64,000 bases of DNA from the human T2T-CHM13v2.0 reference genome, Homo sapiens, in the NCBI RefSeq assembly GCF_009914755.1, contig NC_060929.1; one strand, given 5' to 3'. Positions 1 through 14,854 of the stretch are shown here, in pieces. The translations under genes were made by a program, and so were the position numbers. Each line of letters begins with the position of its first letter. The first letter of the stretch is position 1. The notes beneath the pieces are model-generated. The model was not told where the DNA came from and made no database searches. It saw only the letters and a program-made list of their open reading frames with translations.

Positions 1-77
1 AATATTTGACGAATATATGAATAACTGATTGACTAATTTAATGAGTTCAGGTGGCTACTAATGTCGCTTCAGAATGA

Positions 78-295
78 GAGTGCCTAGTTTCAAATTTTGG
101 CAGTTCCTAACTGCAATGTTAGGGACGATTTTATCTCATTTTTCCTTCGATTTGTTCTCTGTAAATTGGGAATAATAATTACCTTATAGAGTTTTGAAAG
201 GATTAAATGAGCTAGTATACATTAAAGACTTAAAGCAGTCCTTAACACAGCAAGTACTTTATGCATATATGATAGCTACAAGTATGATTATTAAC
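78..295 (+). mobile_element. MIR SINE
   Basis: Degenerate MIR core CTCTGTAAATTGGGAATAATAATTACC...GGATTAAATGAG...AAAGACTTAAAGCAGTCC. Confidence 0.75.
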
Positions 296-604
296 ATCCT
301 TAGTCAATCTGTCATACTAGTTCCTTAGGCCATGGCCACCAGTTCCTTGGGTAAATTCATTCTTTACTTGTAGATGCCAAATTTCAACTGTCTGTGTAAG
401 AAACAAGAAGCTATGTCAAAGACAAAAATTGAGGATGGAAGCATATAATTATTATTAGGTGGTGCAATTTTGACTTAGGTATAGGGATGCTAATGTTAGC
501 CCCACATCACTGATATTTATTTGATATTTACTATTTATACAAAGAGACCAAAGGAGCAGATTTTGTATTTAATGAGGGAGAGCCTCAAAGAGTTCTATAC
601 CTAC

Positions 605-797
605 CTTTTAGTAATGCATCGCAAAGAGTTGAGTCCACCATCTCTCCATAAGTTTTTGCTTTGGCTATTAATTTTTGGGATTCCCTTATTAATCTTTATT
701 TGAGCCTCAAACAATGGTAAAATATTAACATCATATAAAATGCTATTGCTCTCTTTGGGCTATAGACCTTCCACACTAAGGCCCTGACTTTAAAATG
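605..797 (-). pseudogene. Candidate degraded exon D (FN3 C-terminal-half-like)
   Basis: Minus-strand acceptor cctattgctttAG and donor AAAG|GTAGGT; fragments HFKVRALVWK and LIAKAKTYGEMV lie in different frames; motif-level inference only. Confidence 0.25.
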
Positions 798-991
798 CTA
801 AAGCAATAGGTTTATAACTTTTGAATATTATATGTTAGAAACTATTGAGATGATATTCATTCTTATTAAACAGTAGAAATGTTCTTCATGCTCAGTGCAA
901 AGGCAGCAATGGTTGGATTTATTTAGTTACTAATGCTTTTTACAGAAGTCGTGAATGTTAGCATTTTATTATATTCAGGGTCTCCACTTAC

Positions 992-1244
992 AGACATGTC
1001 CATTGTAAGCTGCCATTGATTTAGGCAATAGGTCATAAACTGAAGAGTTGTTTTTGGTTAAGTGTTACCAGTGATGCATTCTGTTCTTTGTTTACTACCA
1101 ACCACGCAAAACAATACTTTGTACTTTGCAAAGAAACTGAGATCACCCAGTCCTTGCAACTTAGGTCATTTCAGTCTGGGTGAAAAAAAAAACTCTTTTC
1201 AACTCTTTGCCAGTTCCTCCTGGCTTTTTGAGAAGGAGATACCT
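992..1244 (-). pseudogene. Candidate degraded exon C (FN3-like)
   Basis: Strong minus-strand acceptor gatctattttctttcAG and donor TCT|GTAAGT; fragments LGDLSFFAKYKVLFCVVG and NNSSVYDLLPKSMAAYNGHV, with frameshifts and stops. Confidence 0.4.
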
Positions 1245-1516
1245 CTGAAAGAAAATAGATCAAAGTTACATGAGACTAAGGGCAGATCATATAGCTATAC
1301 TTTGTAGTCTGTTGAAAACAGAACTAGCTTTACTGGAAAAGAGATCTACTGTTGTAGCTATAAGGGGCAGAGGGAAGGTTAGAGGGAAGGTTACTAACCT
1401 AAAAATCCAACCACCATCCCTCTACTAGTTTGTCAGACTTTAATATTCCACCATCAGAAATTCATTTTAAAACATAATTTAAAAGATTTTAAAAGATAAT
1501 TCCTTAAAGCAGTCAC

Positions 1517-1876
1517 CTGTGGAAAAAAGTGAATTCTCTATCAAATCCTTTTCCTGAAAGTGAATTTCCTGAAAGCACTAAGACTGAGAGGTAACACTGG
1601 CTCCTGAAGTTCGGATTTGACTGTAGGGGTGCTGTGGAGAGGAAAGGTTGGAAGAGCACAGACTGCTTTTGAAGAGAGGCTAGCAGGAAATCTCTGGCCA
1701 TGGAAAACAGTGATTTCAATGTGTAAAGACTATGAGGAAAAAGAGAAAAAGAAGTGGATTTTTTTTTAATTTGCTGTTCTGGACGTCTGTAATAGAAGAA
1801 AGGAAACATGTTACCTCTGCTGAGATAAAGTGAAGGGACACTCAGACAAGATTGGAGGGTCATTATCTTTTCATAC
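1517..1876 (-). pseudogene. Candidate degraded exon B (FN3-like); alternative acceptors would start the exon at 1786 or 1631
   Basis: Donor CAG|GTGACT; overlaps ORF 1513..1899(-): YEKI...STSFSLFPHSLY, then after a 1-nt shift IEITVFHGQRF (L-x-P-x-S-x-Y-x-I-x-I pattern of FN3 strand F). Confidence 0.4.
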
Positions 1877-2091
1877 CTAGAATGTGAGAACAACTTCACT
1901 TCCCTAAATATTCTGGTCTTTAGTTTTTGTCTGATTATTATTATGCCAAATTCATTCCTATTTATAAAGTGATTAGTATATACAAAGCCCCTTGAAAGTA
2001 ATAAAAAAAATTTTTAAGTTTTTGGTTTTGGGGGAGCTTTCCATGTGTACTCTCTCCTAGTAATTCTTTCATCAATATACAAATCATTTAC

Positions 2092-2269
2092 CTGTTAAAC
2101 TAGACATAATAGATTAAGGGTCTCTCCATGATAAGTGAGGAAACACAGGTCACTTTGTCTTGTAGTAAGGAACCAAGGAAAGTAAAGATGGGATGAATAG
2201 ACAAGGAAGGAGGCTGGTACAGATTTATAAGTTTAGTTTTTATTATGTCCTTGGTATTTGCCAGTTGGA
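2092..2269 (-). pseudogene. Candidate degraded exon A (FN3 N-terminal-half-like)
   Basis: Strong acceptor (T)n...gcttttcctttctAG and donor CAG|GTAAAT; ends PHLSWRDP*SIMSSLTG (W-x-x-P motif of FN3 strand B). Confidence 0.4.
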
Positions 2270-2469
2270 CTAGAAAGGAAAAGCTATATATGAAAAAAAA
2301 AAACTATCACCTTATGCTAAGCAAAGGAATTTTGTGGCAGAATGAAAATTTGCTAATGGGTATAGGGGATATAGAAATGGGAGGAACAGAGTGGTTGTAC
2401 CCATTTAAACCCCACCAACAATGTATAGAAGTAGTAGTGCTGATTTTGAAAGTATGTAATGGAATCTGA

Positions 2470-2820
2470 GTATGGTTTTAATTGTCAGTTCCCTGATGAA
2501 TAATGATATTGAATTCTTTTTAATTTGCTTGTTGTCTGTTTAAATATCTACATTTATGAAAGGCCTACTTGAATCTTTTGTTCATTTCTTAAAACATTGA
2601 GTTGTCTTTCTCTTACTGATTTGTAGTCAAGTTTTATATATTTTGGGTACAAGTCATATGTCAATAGTTGTTTTACATTTTTCTTCTCCTAATCTGTAGA
2701 TCATTGCTCACTCTCTTAATGATATGTTTCAATGAACAGAAGTTTTTAATTTTAATGAAGTCTATTTGATCAAACTCTTCTTTCATGGTCAGTGCTTTTT
2801 GTATTTAAGAAAACATTACC
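2470..2820 (-). mobile_element. Old L1M (L1ME-type) ORF2 3' fragment
   Basis: Antisense L1M motifs TATGGTTTTAATTG..TTCCCTGATG and GAACAGAAGTTTTTAATTTTAATGAAGTC. Confidence 0.7.
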
Positions 2821-2821
2821 A

Positions 2822-5800
2822 GGGGGTATTCCAAGATGGCCAAATAGGAACAGCTCTAGTCTGCAGCTCCCAGCGTGATTGACGCAGAAGACAAGTGATT
2901 TCTGCATTTCTAACTGAGGTATCTGGTTCATCTCATTGGGACTGGTTGGACAGTGGGTGCAGCCCACGGAGAGTGAGCTGAAGCAGGACAGGGCATCACC
3001 TCACCTGGGAAGTGCAAGGGGTCGGGAATTTCTCTTTCCTAGCCAAGGGAAGCCATGACAGACTACCTGGAAAAACGGGACACTCTCCGCCCAAATACTG
3101 CACTTTTCCCAAAGTCTTAGCAACCAGCAGACAAGGTGATTCTCTCCTGTGCCTGGCTCAGTGGGTCCCAGGCCCATGGAGTCTTGCTCACTGCTAGCGC
3201 AGCAGTCTGAGATCGATCTTTGAGGTAGCAGCCTGGCCGGGGGAGGGGTGCCTGCCATTGCTGAGGCTTGAGTAGGTAAACAAAGTGGCTGGGAAGCTCG
3301 AACTGGTTGGAGCCCACCGCAGCAAGGCCTACTGCCTCTAGACTCCACCTCTGTGGGCAGGGCATAGCTGAACAAAAGGCAGCAGACAACTTCTGTAGGC
3401 TTAAACATCCCTGTCTGACAGCCCTGAAGAGAGCAGTGGTTCTTCCAGCACGGCGTTTGAGCTCTGAGAACCGACAGACTGCTTCCTCAAGTGGATCCCT
3501 GACCCCTGTGTAGCCTAACTGGGAGACACCTCCCAGTAGGGGCTTACCTCATATAGGCGGCTGCCCTTCTGGGATGAAGCTTCCAGAGGAAGGATTAGGC
3601 AGCAATATTTGCTGTTCTGCAGTATTTACTATTCTGCATCCTCCGCTGGTGATAACCAGGCAAACAGGGTCTGGAGTGGAACTCCAACAAACTCCAGCAG
3701 ACCTGCTGCTGAGGGACCTGACTGTTAGAACGAAAACTAACAAACAGAAAGGAATAGCATCAACATCAACAAAAAGGTCATCTACACCAAAACTCCATCT
3801 GTAGGTCACCAACATCAAAGACCAAAGGTAGATAAAACCACAAAGATGGGGAGAAACCAGAGCAGAAAAGCTGAAAATTCTAAAAATCAGAGCACGTCTT
3901 CTCCTTCAAAGGATCACAGCTCCTCGCCACCAACAGAACAAAGCTGGACACAATGATTTTGACAAGTTGACAGAAGTAGGCTTCAGAAGGTTGATAGTAA
4001 CATACTCTGAGCTAAAGGAGGATGTTTGAAACCATCACAAGGAAGCTAAAAACCTTGAAAAAACATTAGATGAATGGCTAACTAGAATAAACAGTGTAGA
4101 GAAGACCTTAAATGACCTGATGGAGCTGAAAACCATGGCATGAGAACTTCGTGATACATGCACAAGCTTCAATAGCTGATTTCATCAAGTGGAAGAAAGG
4201 GTATCAGTGATTGAAGATCAAATTCATGAAAAAAAGTGAGAAGAAAAGATTAGAGAAAAAACAGTAAAAAGAAACAAACAAAGCCTCCAAGAAATATGGG
4301 ACTATGTGAAAAGACCAAATCTACATTTCATTGGTGTACCTGAAAGTGACAGGGAGAATGGAACAAAGTTGGAAAACCCTCTGCAGGATATTATCCAGGA
4401 GAACTTCCCCAACCTTGCAAGGCAGGCCAACATTCAAACTCAGGAAATACAGAGAACACCACAAAGATACTCCTTGAGAAGAGCAATTCTGAGACACATA
4501 ATTGTCAGATTCACCAAGGTTGAAATGAAGGAAAAAATGTTAAGGGCAGCCAGAGAGAAAGGTTGAGTTACCCACAAAGGGAAGCCCATCAGACTAACAG
4601 CAGATCTCTTGGCAGAAACCCTACAAGCCAGAAGAGTGGGGCCAATATTCAACATTCTTAAAGAAAATAATTTTCAACCCAGATTTCATATCCAGCCAAA
4701 CTAAGCTTCATTAGTGAAGGAGAAATAAAATCCTTTACAGACAAGCAAATGCTGAGAGATTTTGTCACCACCAGGCCTGCCCTACAAGAGCTCGTGAAGG
4801 AAGGCACTAAACATGGAAAGGAACAACCGGTACCAGCCACTGCAAAAACATGCCAATTTGTAAAGACCATCGATGCTATGAAGAAACTGCATCAATTAAT
4901 GGGCAAAATAACCAGTGAACATCATAATGACAGGATCAAATTCACACATAACAATATTAACCTTAAATGTAAATGGGCTAAATGACCCAATTAGAAGACA
5001 CAGACTGGCAAATTGGATAAAGAGTCAAGACCCATCAGTGTGCTGTATTCAGGAGACCCATCTCATGTTGGAAAACACACATAGGCTCAAAATAAAGGGA
5101 CAGAGGAAGATCTACCAAGCAAATGGAAAGAAAAAAAAAGCAGAGGTTGCAATTCTAGTCTCTGATAAAACAGACTTTCAACCAACAAAGATCAAAAGTG
5201 ACAAAGAAGGCCATTACATAATGGTAAAGGGACAATTCAACAAGAAGAGCTAACTATCCTAAATATATAGGCACCCAATACAGGAGCACCCACCTTCATA
5301 AAACAAGTCCTTAGAGACGTACAAAGAGACCTAGACTCTCATACAATAGTAATGGGAGGCTTTAACATCCCCCTGTCAATATTAGACAGATCAATGAGAC
5401 AGAAGGTTAACAAGGATATCCAGGACTTGAACTCAGCTCTGCAACAAGTGGACCTAATAGACATCTACAGAACTCTCCATCCCAAATCAACAGAATTTAC
5501 ATTCTTCTCAGCACCACATTGCACTTATCCTAAAATTGACCACATAATTGGAAGTAAAGCACTCCTCAACAAATGTAAAAGAACAGAAATCACAACAAAC
5601 TGTCAGACGACAGTGCAATCAAATTAGAACTCCGGATTAAGAAACACACTCAAAACCACACAACTACATGGAAACTGAACAACTTGCTCCTGAATGACTA
5701 CTGGGTAAATAACGAAATGAAGGCAGATATAAAGATGTACTTGGAAACCAATGAGAACAAAGACACAACATACCAGAATCTCTGGGACACATTTAAAGCA

Positions 5801-7502
5801 GTGTGTAGAGGGAAATTTATAGCACTAAATGCCCACAAGAGAAAGCAGGAAAGATCTAAAATCGACACACTAACATGTCAATTAAAAAAACTAGAGAAGG
5901 AAGAGCAAACAAATTCAAAAGCTAGCAGAAGGCAAGAAATAACTAAAATCAGAGCAGAACTGAAAGAGATAGAGACACAAAAAACCCTTCAAAAAATTAA
6001 TGAATCCAGGAGCTGTTTTTTTGAAAAGATCAACAAAATTGATAGAGACCACTAGCAAGACTGGTAAAGAAGAAAAGAGAGAAGAATCAAATAGATGCAA
6101 TAAAAAATGATAAAGGGGATATCACCACTGATCCCACAGAAATGAAAACTACCATCAGAGAATACTATAAACACCTCTACGAAAATAAACTAGAAAACCT
6201 AGAAGAAATGGATAAATTCCTGGACACATACACTCTCCCAAGACTAAACCAGGAAGAAGTTCAATCTCTGAATAGACCAATAACAGGCTCTGAAATTGAG
6301 GCAACAATTAATAGCCTACCAACCAAAAGAAGTCCAGGACCAGACGGATTCACAACTGAATTCTACCCGAGGTACAAAGAGGATCTGGTACCATTACTTC
6401 TGCAGCTATTCCAATCAACAGTAAAAAAGGGAATCCTCCCTAGCTCATTTTATGACACCAACATCATTCTAATACCAAAGCCTGGCAGAGAAACAACAAA
6501 AAAAGAGAATTTTTGACCAATATCCCTGATGAACATCGATGCAAAAATTCTCAATAAAATATTGGCAAACTGAATCCAGCAGCACATCAAAAAGCTTATC
6601 CATCACGATCAAGTCGGCTTCATGACTGGGATGCAAGACTGGTTCAACATATGCAAATCAATAAATGTAATCCATCACATACACAGAACCAATGACAAAA
6701 ACCACATGATTATCTCAATAGATGCAGAAAAGGCCTTTGACAAAATTCAACAGCCCGTCATACTAAAAACTCTCAATAAACTAGGTTTTGATGGCATGTA
6801 TCTCAAAATAATAAGAGCTATTTGTGACAAACCCACAGCCAATATCATACTGAATGGGCAAAAACTGGAAGCATTCCCTTTGAAAACCAGCACAAGACAA
6901 GGGTGTCCTCTCTTACCACTCCTGTTCAACGTAGTGTTGGAAGTTCTGGCCAGGGCAATCAGGTAAAATAAATAAAGGGTATTCAACTAGGAAATAAGAA
7001 AGTCAAATTGTCCCTGTTTGCAGATGACATGATTGTGTATTTTGAAAACCCCGTCGTCTCAGCCCAAAATCTCCTTAAGCTAATAAGCAACTTCAGCAAA
7101 ATCTCAGGATACAAAATCAATGTGCAAAAATCACAAGCATTCCTGTACACCATTAACAGACAAACAGAGCCAAATCATGAGTGAACTCCCATTCACAATT
7201 GCTACAAAGAGAATAAAATACCTAGGAATCCAACTTACAAGGGATGTGAAGGACCTCTTCAAGGAGAACTACAAACCACTCCCCAACGAAATAAAAGAGG
7301 ACACAAACAAATAGAAGAATATTCCGTGCTCATGGATAGGAAGAATCAATATCATGAAAATGGCCAAACTGCCCAAAGTAATTTATAGATTCAATGCCAT
7401 CCCCATCAAGTTACCAATGACTTTCTTCACAGAATTGGAAAAAACTACTTTCAAGTTCGTATGGAACCAAAAAAAGAGCCCATGTTGCCAAGACAATCCT
7501 AA
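2822..7502 (+). mobile_element. L1PA6-like LINE-1, 5' intact, 3' truncated in ORF2; ORFs disrupted
   Basis: Starts GGGGGTATTCCAAGATGGCC; ~1.02 kb 5'UTR; ORF1 ATG 3846 to TAA 4863; ORF2 ATG 4927 ([11 protein letters not shown]); RT motif sequence TTTGCAGATGACATG at ~7017; stops abruptly after GCCAAGACAATCCTAA with no 3'UTR or poly(A). Confidence 0.95.
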
Positions 7503-7530
7503 ATCAATGTTCATCAAGGATATTGGTCTA

Positions 7531-9132
<1,602 letters not shown>

Positions 9133-9366
9133 TTATTTTGCTCGTTAGTTGTTGCAGTTTCTTCCTAGCCTTGATGGTCTTTACAATTTGGTGTGTTTCT
9201 TCAGTGGCTGGTACCGGTTGTTCCTTTCCACATTTAGTGCTTCCTTCAGGAGCTCTTGTAGGGCAGGCCTGGTGGTGACAAAATCTCTCAGCATTTGCTT
9301 GTCTGTAAAGGATTTTATTTCTCCTTCACTAATGAAGCTTAGTTTGGCTGGATTTGAGATTCTGGG

Positions 9367-10197
9367 TCAAAAATTCATTTCTTTAAGAATGTTGAATATT
9401 GGCCCCCACTCTCTTCTGGCTTGTAGAGTTTCTGCCGAGAGATCAGCTGTTAGTCTGATGGGCTTCCCTTTGTGGGTAACCCGAGCTTTCTCTCTGGCTG
9501 CCCTTAACATTTTTTCCTTCATTTCAACTTTGTTGAATCTGACAATTATGTGTCTTGGGGTTGCTCTTCTCGAGGAGTATCTTTGTGGCGTTCTCTGTAT
9601 TTCCTGAATTTGAATGTTGGCCTGCCTTGCTAGATTGGGGAAGTTCTCCCGAATAATATCCTGCAGAGGGTTTTCCAACTTGGTTCCATTCTCCCCATCA
9701 CTTTCAGGTACACCAATCAGACGTAGATGTGGTCTTTTCACATAGTCCCATATTTCTTGGAGGCTTTGTTCATTTCTTTTTATTGTTTTTTCTCTAAACT
9801 TCTCTTCTTGCTTCATTTCATTCATTTCGTCTTCCTTCACTGATACTCTTTCTTCCAGTTGATTGCATCGGCTACTGAGGCTTATGCATTCGTCACGTAG
9901 TTCTCCTGGCGTGGTTTTCAGGTCCATCAGGTCCTTTAAGGACTTGTCTGCATTGATTATTCTAGTTATCCATTCATCTAATTTTTTTTCAAGGTTTTTA
10001 ACTTCTTTGCCATTGGTTTGAACTTCCTCCTTTAGCTTGGAGTAGTTTGATCTTCTGAAGCCTTCTTCTCTCAAATCGTCAAAGTCATTCTCCATCCAGC
10101 TTTGTTCCGTTGCTGGTGAGGAGCTGCATTCCTTTGGAGGAGGAGAGGCACTCTGATTTTTAGAGTTTCTGGTATTTCTGCTCTGTTTTTTCCCCAT
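9367..10197 (-). pseudogene. L1 ORF1, prematurely terminated (276 aa)
   Basis: ORF track: coiled coil and RRM ([16 protein letters not shown]) present; stop after ILKEMNF. Confidence 0.9.
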
Positions 10198-11669
10198 CTT
10201 TGTGGTTTTATCTACCTTTGGTCTTTGATGATGGTGACGTACAGATGGGTTTTTGGTGTGGATGTCCTTTCTGTTTGTTAGTTTTCCTTCTAACAGTTAG
10301 GACCCTCAGCTGCAGGTTTGTTGGAGTTTTCTGGAGGTCCACTCCAGACCCTGTTTGCCTGGGTATCAGCAGCGGTGGCTGCAGATCAGCGGATATTAGT
10401 GAACCGCAAATGCTGCTGCCTGATCGTTCCTCTGGAAGTTTTGTCTCAGAGGAGTACCTGGGTGTGTGAGGTGTCAGTCCGCCCCTACTGGGGGGTGCCT
10501 CCCAATTAGGCTACTCGGGGGTCAGGTACCCACTTGAGGAGACAGTCTGCCCGTTCTCAGATCTCAAGCTGCGTGCAGGGAGAACCACTACTCTCTTCAA
10601 AGCTGTCAGACAGGGACATTTAAGTCTGCAGAGGTTACTGCCGCCTTCTGTTTGTCTGTGCCCTGCCCCCAGAGGTGAAGCCTACAGAGGCAGGCAGGCC
10701 TCCTTGAGCTGTGGTGGGCTCCACCCAGTTCGAGCTTCCCGGCCGCTTTGTTTACCTACTCAAGCCTTGGCAATGGTGGGCGCCCCTCCCCCAGGCTCAC
10801 TGCCGCCTTGCAGTTTGATCTCAGACTGCTGTGCTAGCAATGAGAGAGGCTCCAGGGGCATAGGACCCTCCGAGCCCAGTGTGTGATATAATCTGGTGTG
10901 CCGTTTGTTAAGCCTGTTGGAAAAGCGCAGTATTAGGGTGGGAGTGACCCAATTTTCCAGGTGCCATCTGTCACCCCTTTGTTTGACTAGGAAAGAGAAT
11001 TCCCTGACCCATTGCACTTCCCGGGTGAGGCAATGCCTCACCCTGCTTCAGCTCATGCATGGTGCACTGCACCCACTGTCCTGCACCCACTGTCCAGCAC
11101 TCCCTAGTGAGATGAACCCTGTACCTCAGTTGGAAATGCCAAAATCACCCGTCTTCTGCATTGCTCACACTGGGAGTTGTAGACTGGAGCTGTTCCTATT
11201 CGGCCATCTTGGCTCCACCCTATAGCTGGATTTTTAAAGCCCAATTATATATGGGCTTTATTTCATTAGAAGGATTTAATTTATTTATATTGATTGTGAT
11301 TTTATTTATTCCTGCCATTTTATACAATTTACAACTTTTTTCTTTTTTGCCATTTGTGAAATTAAGTTGCTTTCTTCTTTATTTCAGTAGCATAGAAATT
11401 ATACCTCTGATTTTTCTTCTGCTCACAAATATTTCAATTTTAACCACCATTTTACATGTATTATTCTTCAACTCCTATAAATAAGCAGCATCTGTGTCTT
11501 GCCCTTGATCAATTTCACTCCCATTGGTCCTCTTTCTCCTACTACTGCCATATTGTATCATTCCAGGTGATAATAATCTGGAATTTACTTTATTTATTTT
11601 ATTTCCAGTTCAAATCATTGTTTAGAATTAGTTGTAGGTATTTCTGATTTTTTTTTTTTTTTTCCACAT

Positions 11670-12632
11670 AACCTCTGCGGCTACTGCCCTAGAACAAATC
11701 ATCACCATCTCTGCTTGGCCCTTCCCTGTAACCTCTGACTGGCTTGCCTACTTCAGTTCTTTCCTTCTGTACCCCCTCCCTCATGTTATTTGCCACATAA
11801 AAGCAAGAGTTATCCTTTTTTAAAAAAATGCAAATTGTGGTAGCACACCCCTGTAACCCCAGCTACTCTGGAGGCTGAAGCAAGAGCATTGTTTGAACTC
11901 AACAGTTGGAGGCTGTAGTGTACTATGATCACCCCTGTAGATAATCCACTGCACTCTAGCCTGGGCAACACATCGAGACCCTGTCTCTTATAACAAAAAA
12001 AAAAAAAACCTACAAGTCCAATTGTGCCTTAAAACTCTCTTTTGGCATGTCATCGCATTTAGAACAAAATCCTGCGTTCCTAAGTCCTTACCCTGCCTTC
12101 CTAGAAGGCTTTAATGATCTGTCCCCTCTGCCTTTGGTGTTCACTCTGCTTTGGCCACTGGGACCTTCTCAGTCCTCAATTCACCAAACACACTCCTGGA
12201 TTAGGGTCTTTATACTTACTGTTCACTCTGCCTGAAATGTTCTTCCCTCAGATGAGCACTTGGCATGCTCACATACTTCTTTCAGGTCTTTGTTCAAATG
12301 TCACCTCCTCAGAGAGGCTTTTGCTGACAAACCTATTCAAAATTGCATCCTCTGGCCCCACTTTACACTCTAATTCCTTACACTGCTTTATTTTATTCTT
12401 CATAGTACTTATCATCATTATCAAGCATGTATCACTTATTGTTTATTTGCTTGCTTCTTGTCTGTTTTCCTTACAAGATTGAAATCTTCATGAAGGTAGG
12501 GACTCTGTTTTGTTCACTATGTTATCCTTAGTGCTAAAAACAGTGCCTGGCACCTAGTAGGCACTTTTTACTTAATATCTAAATCAATACATATATGAAT
12601 GAGTGAATGAATGAATGAATGAGTGAATGAAA
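11670..12632 (+). mobile_element. L2a 3' end, interrupted by a FAM
   Basis: GTCACCTCCTCAGAGAGGC, CAGTGCCTGGCACCTAGTAGGCAC and a terminal (TGAA)n tail. Confidence 0.85.
11836..12008 (+). mobile_element. FAM (fossil Alu monomer)
   Basis: Monomer retaining the 7SL-type segment GATCACCCCTGTAGATAATCCACTGCAC; A tail. Confidence 0.75.
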
Positions 12633-13444
12633 AACTCCAAGTCTACTCTCAACTTTGCAGGAATTCTTTTTCGAGTATCAGTCTGATCCTGTCTGGCTTC
12701 TATCTTTTGTGCTTTTATAGATTCCTTAAAATTCTAGTCTGCCAATAGTACCTATTCTGATTTAAGTAAAGTTATGAGATTCATTTTGTTTTTAATTTTT
12801 TCTGAGGAATATTTTTTTCTGAAGAGATAAGCAGATTGATGAGCTCATCTTGATCTTTGTCAGTATATTTAAATCATTGGTTAGGATAATTTTTAACATG
12901 TTAAACTTTAGGGCTCAGAGACTCTTTAACTTCCTCATGTTACAGATTTTAAAATGAGACTCAGAGAAGTGATTCAGTTTACCCAAATCCCCCTACAAAA
13001 CACAGCTCTAAATAAATACTAATTCTGTGCCTCTGCAAAATATTGTGCAGGCTCACTTGCGAGGCATGCAGGAAACTCAACAACTGTCAGAAAGAAAGCT
13101 CGGAAATGGCAGAAGGATCTCAGAAATAATCTTAGCTGTAAGGACTGGCCTCAAAGACGGTGGCACCATTTGAATCATAGGGCTTAGCAAACTCAAGGTG
13201 ATGTCTTGCCTCAAGAGACTTCAATCAGTTGATAGGTGAATTGCAGCAATGGAAATCTCCAGTGTGGTCATTTTTCATTAGGACAGGGGGAAGAATCTTG
13301 GTTCTGGGAAATCTACCACGTGATGAGGAATTAGAGATTCAAGAGACAAGATTTGGGCCCTGAATGAGGGGTTGGCAAGGGTTACACAGTTCAGTCATGA
13401 TCGAATCAGGAGCTTATCTTAACCCAGAGATTCCTTTCTAGTGA

Positions 13445-14040
<596 letters not shown>

Positions 14041-14160
14041 GGAGTAGTATAGAACACTAGAAGTTATTCCTCCTATCTAACTGTAATTTTGTATCCTTTA
14101 ATAAATCTCTCCCTATCTCCTCCTTCCCATCTTTCCCAGCCTCTAACAGCCCCCGTTCTA

Positions 14161-14205
14161 TTAGGTTGGTGCAAAACCTGTTTTATTAGGTTTGCACCAA
14201 CCCAA
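14161..14205. mobile_element. Internally deleted Made1 (Hsmar1 MITE)
   Basis: TA|TTAGGTTGGTGCAAAA ... TTTGCACCAACCCAA inverted termini match the Hsmar1/Made1 TIR ends. Confidence 0.7.
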
Positions 14206-14821
14206 AATCAACTATTTTACACTTCCACAAATGAATGAGAGCATGCGATGTTTATTTAATTTTCTGTTACTGGCTTATTTCATGTAACATAATGTCCTTT
14301 CGTTCATCCATATTGCCGCAAATAACAGTATTTCATTCTTTTTTTATGGTAGAATAGTATTCTATTGTGTTTATATAACATATTTTCTTTATGCATTCAC
14401 CTGTTGTTGGACACCTAGGTTGATTTTATGTTTTGGTTATTGCAAATAGTGTTGCAATAAACATGAGGGTGCAGATGTCTCTTTGATATACCAATTCCCT
14501 TTCCTTTGGGTAGGTGCCCAGTAGTGGGAATGCTAGATCAAATGGCAGTTCTATTTGGAGTGTTTTTAGGAATCTACATACCGTTCCCATAGTAGCTGTA
14601 CTAGTTTACATTCCCATAAGCAGTGTATAAGAGTTTCCTTTTCTCCACATCTTCATCAGCATTTGCTATTTTTCACCTTTTTGATAATCACCATCCTTAC
14701 TGGGATGAGATAATACCTCATTGTCGTTTTGATTTGCATTTCCCTAGTGATTAATGATGTTGAGGTTTTTTTCATACATTTATTGGAGATTTGTATGTCT
14801 TCTTTTGAAAAATGTTTGTTC

Positions 14822-14854
14822 ATAGCTTGTAGGCCTTTTGCCTGAGATCAAGTG
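14822..14854 (+). pseudogene. 3'-truncated U2 snRNA retrocopy (nt 1-33)
   Basis: ATAGCTTGTAGGCCTTTTGCCTGAGATCAAGTG vs U2 ATCGCTTCTCGGCCTTTTGGCTAAGATCAAGTG (28/33); flanked by degenerate TSD TGAAAAATGTTTGTTC/TGAGAAACGTCTGTTC. Confidence 0.8.

Noticed and set aside
452-475. Made1 TIR-like TATTAGGTGGTGCAA
   Set aside because: Single short imperfect match with no partner TIR
1369-1393. Short tandem duplications (AGAGGGAAGGTT x2; similar ones at ~38545-38605 and ~43160-43210)
   Set aside because: Ordinary local slippage duplications with no further structure
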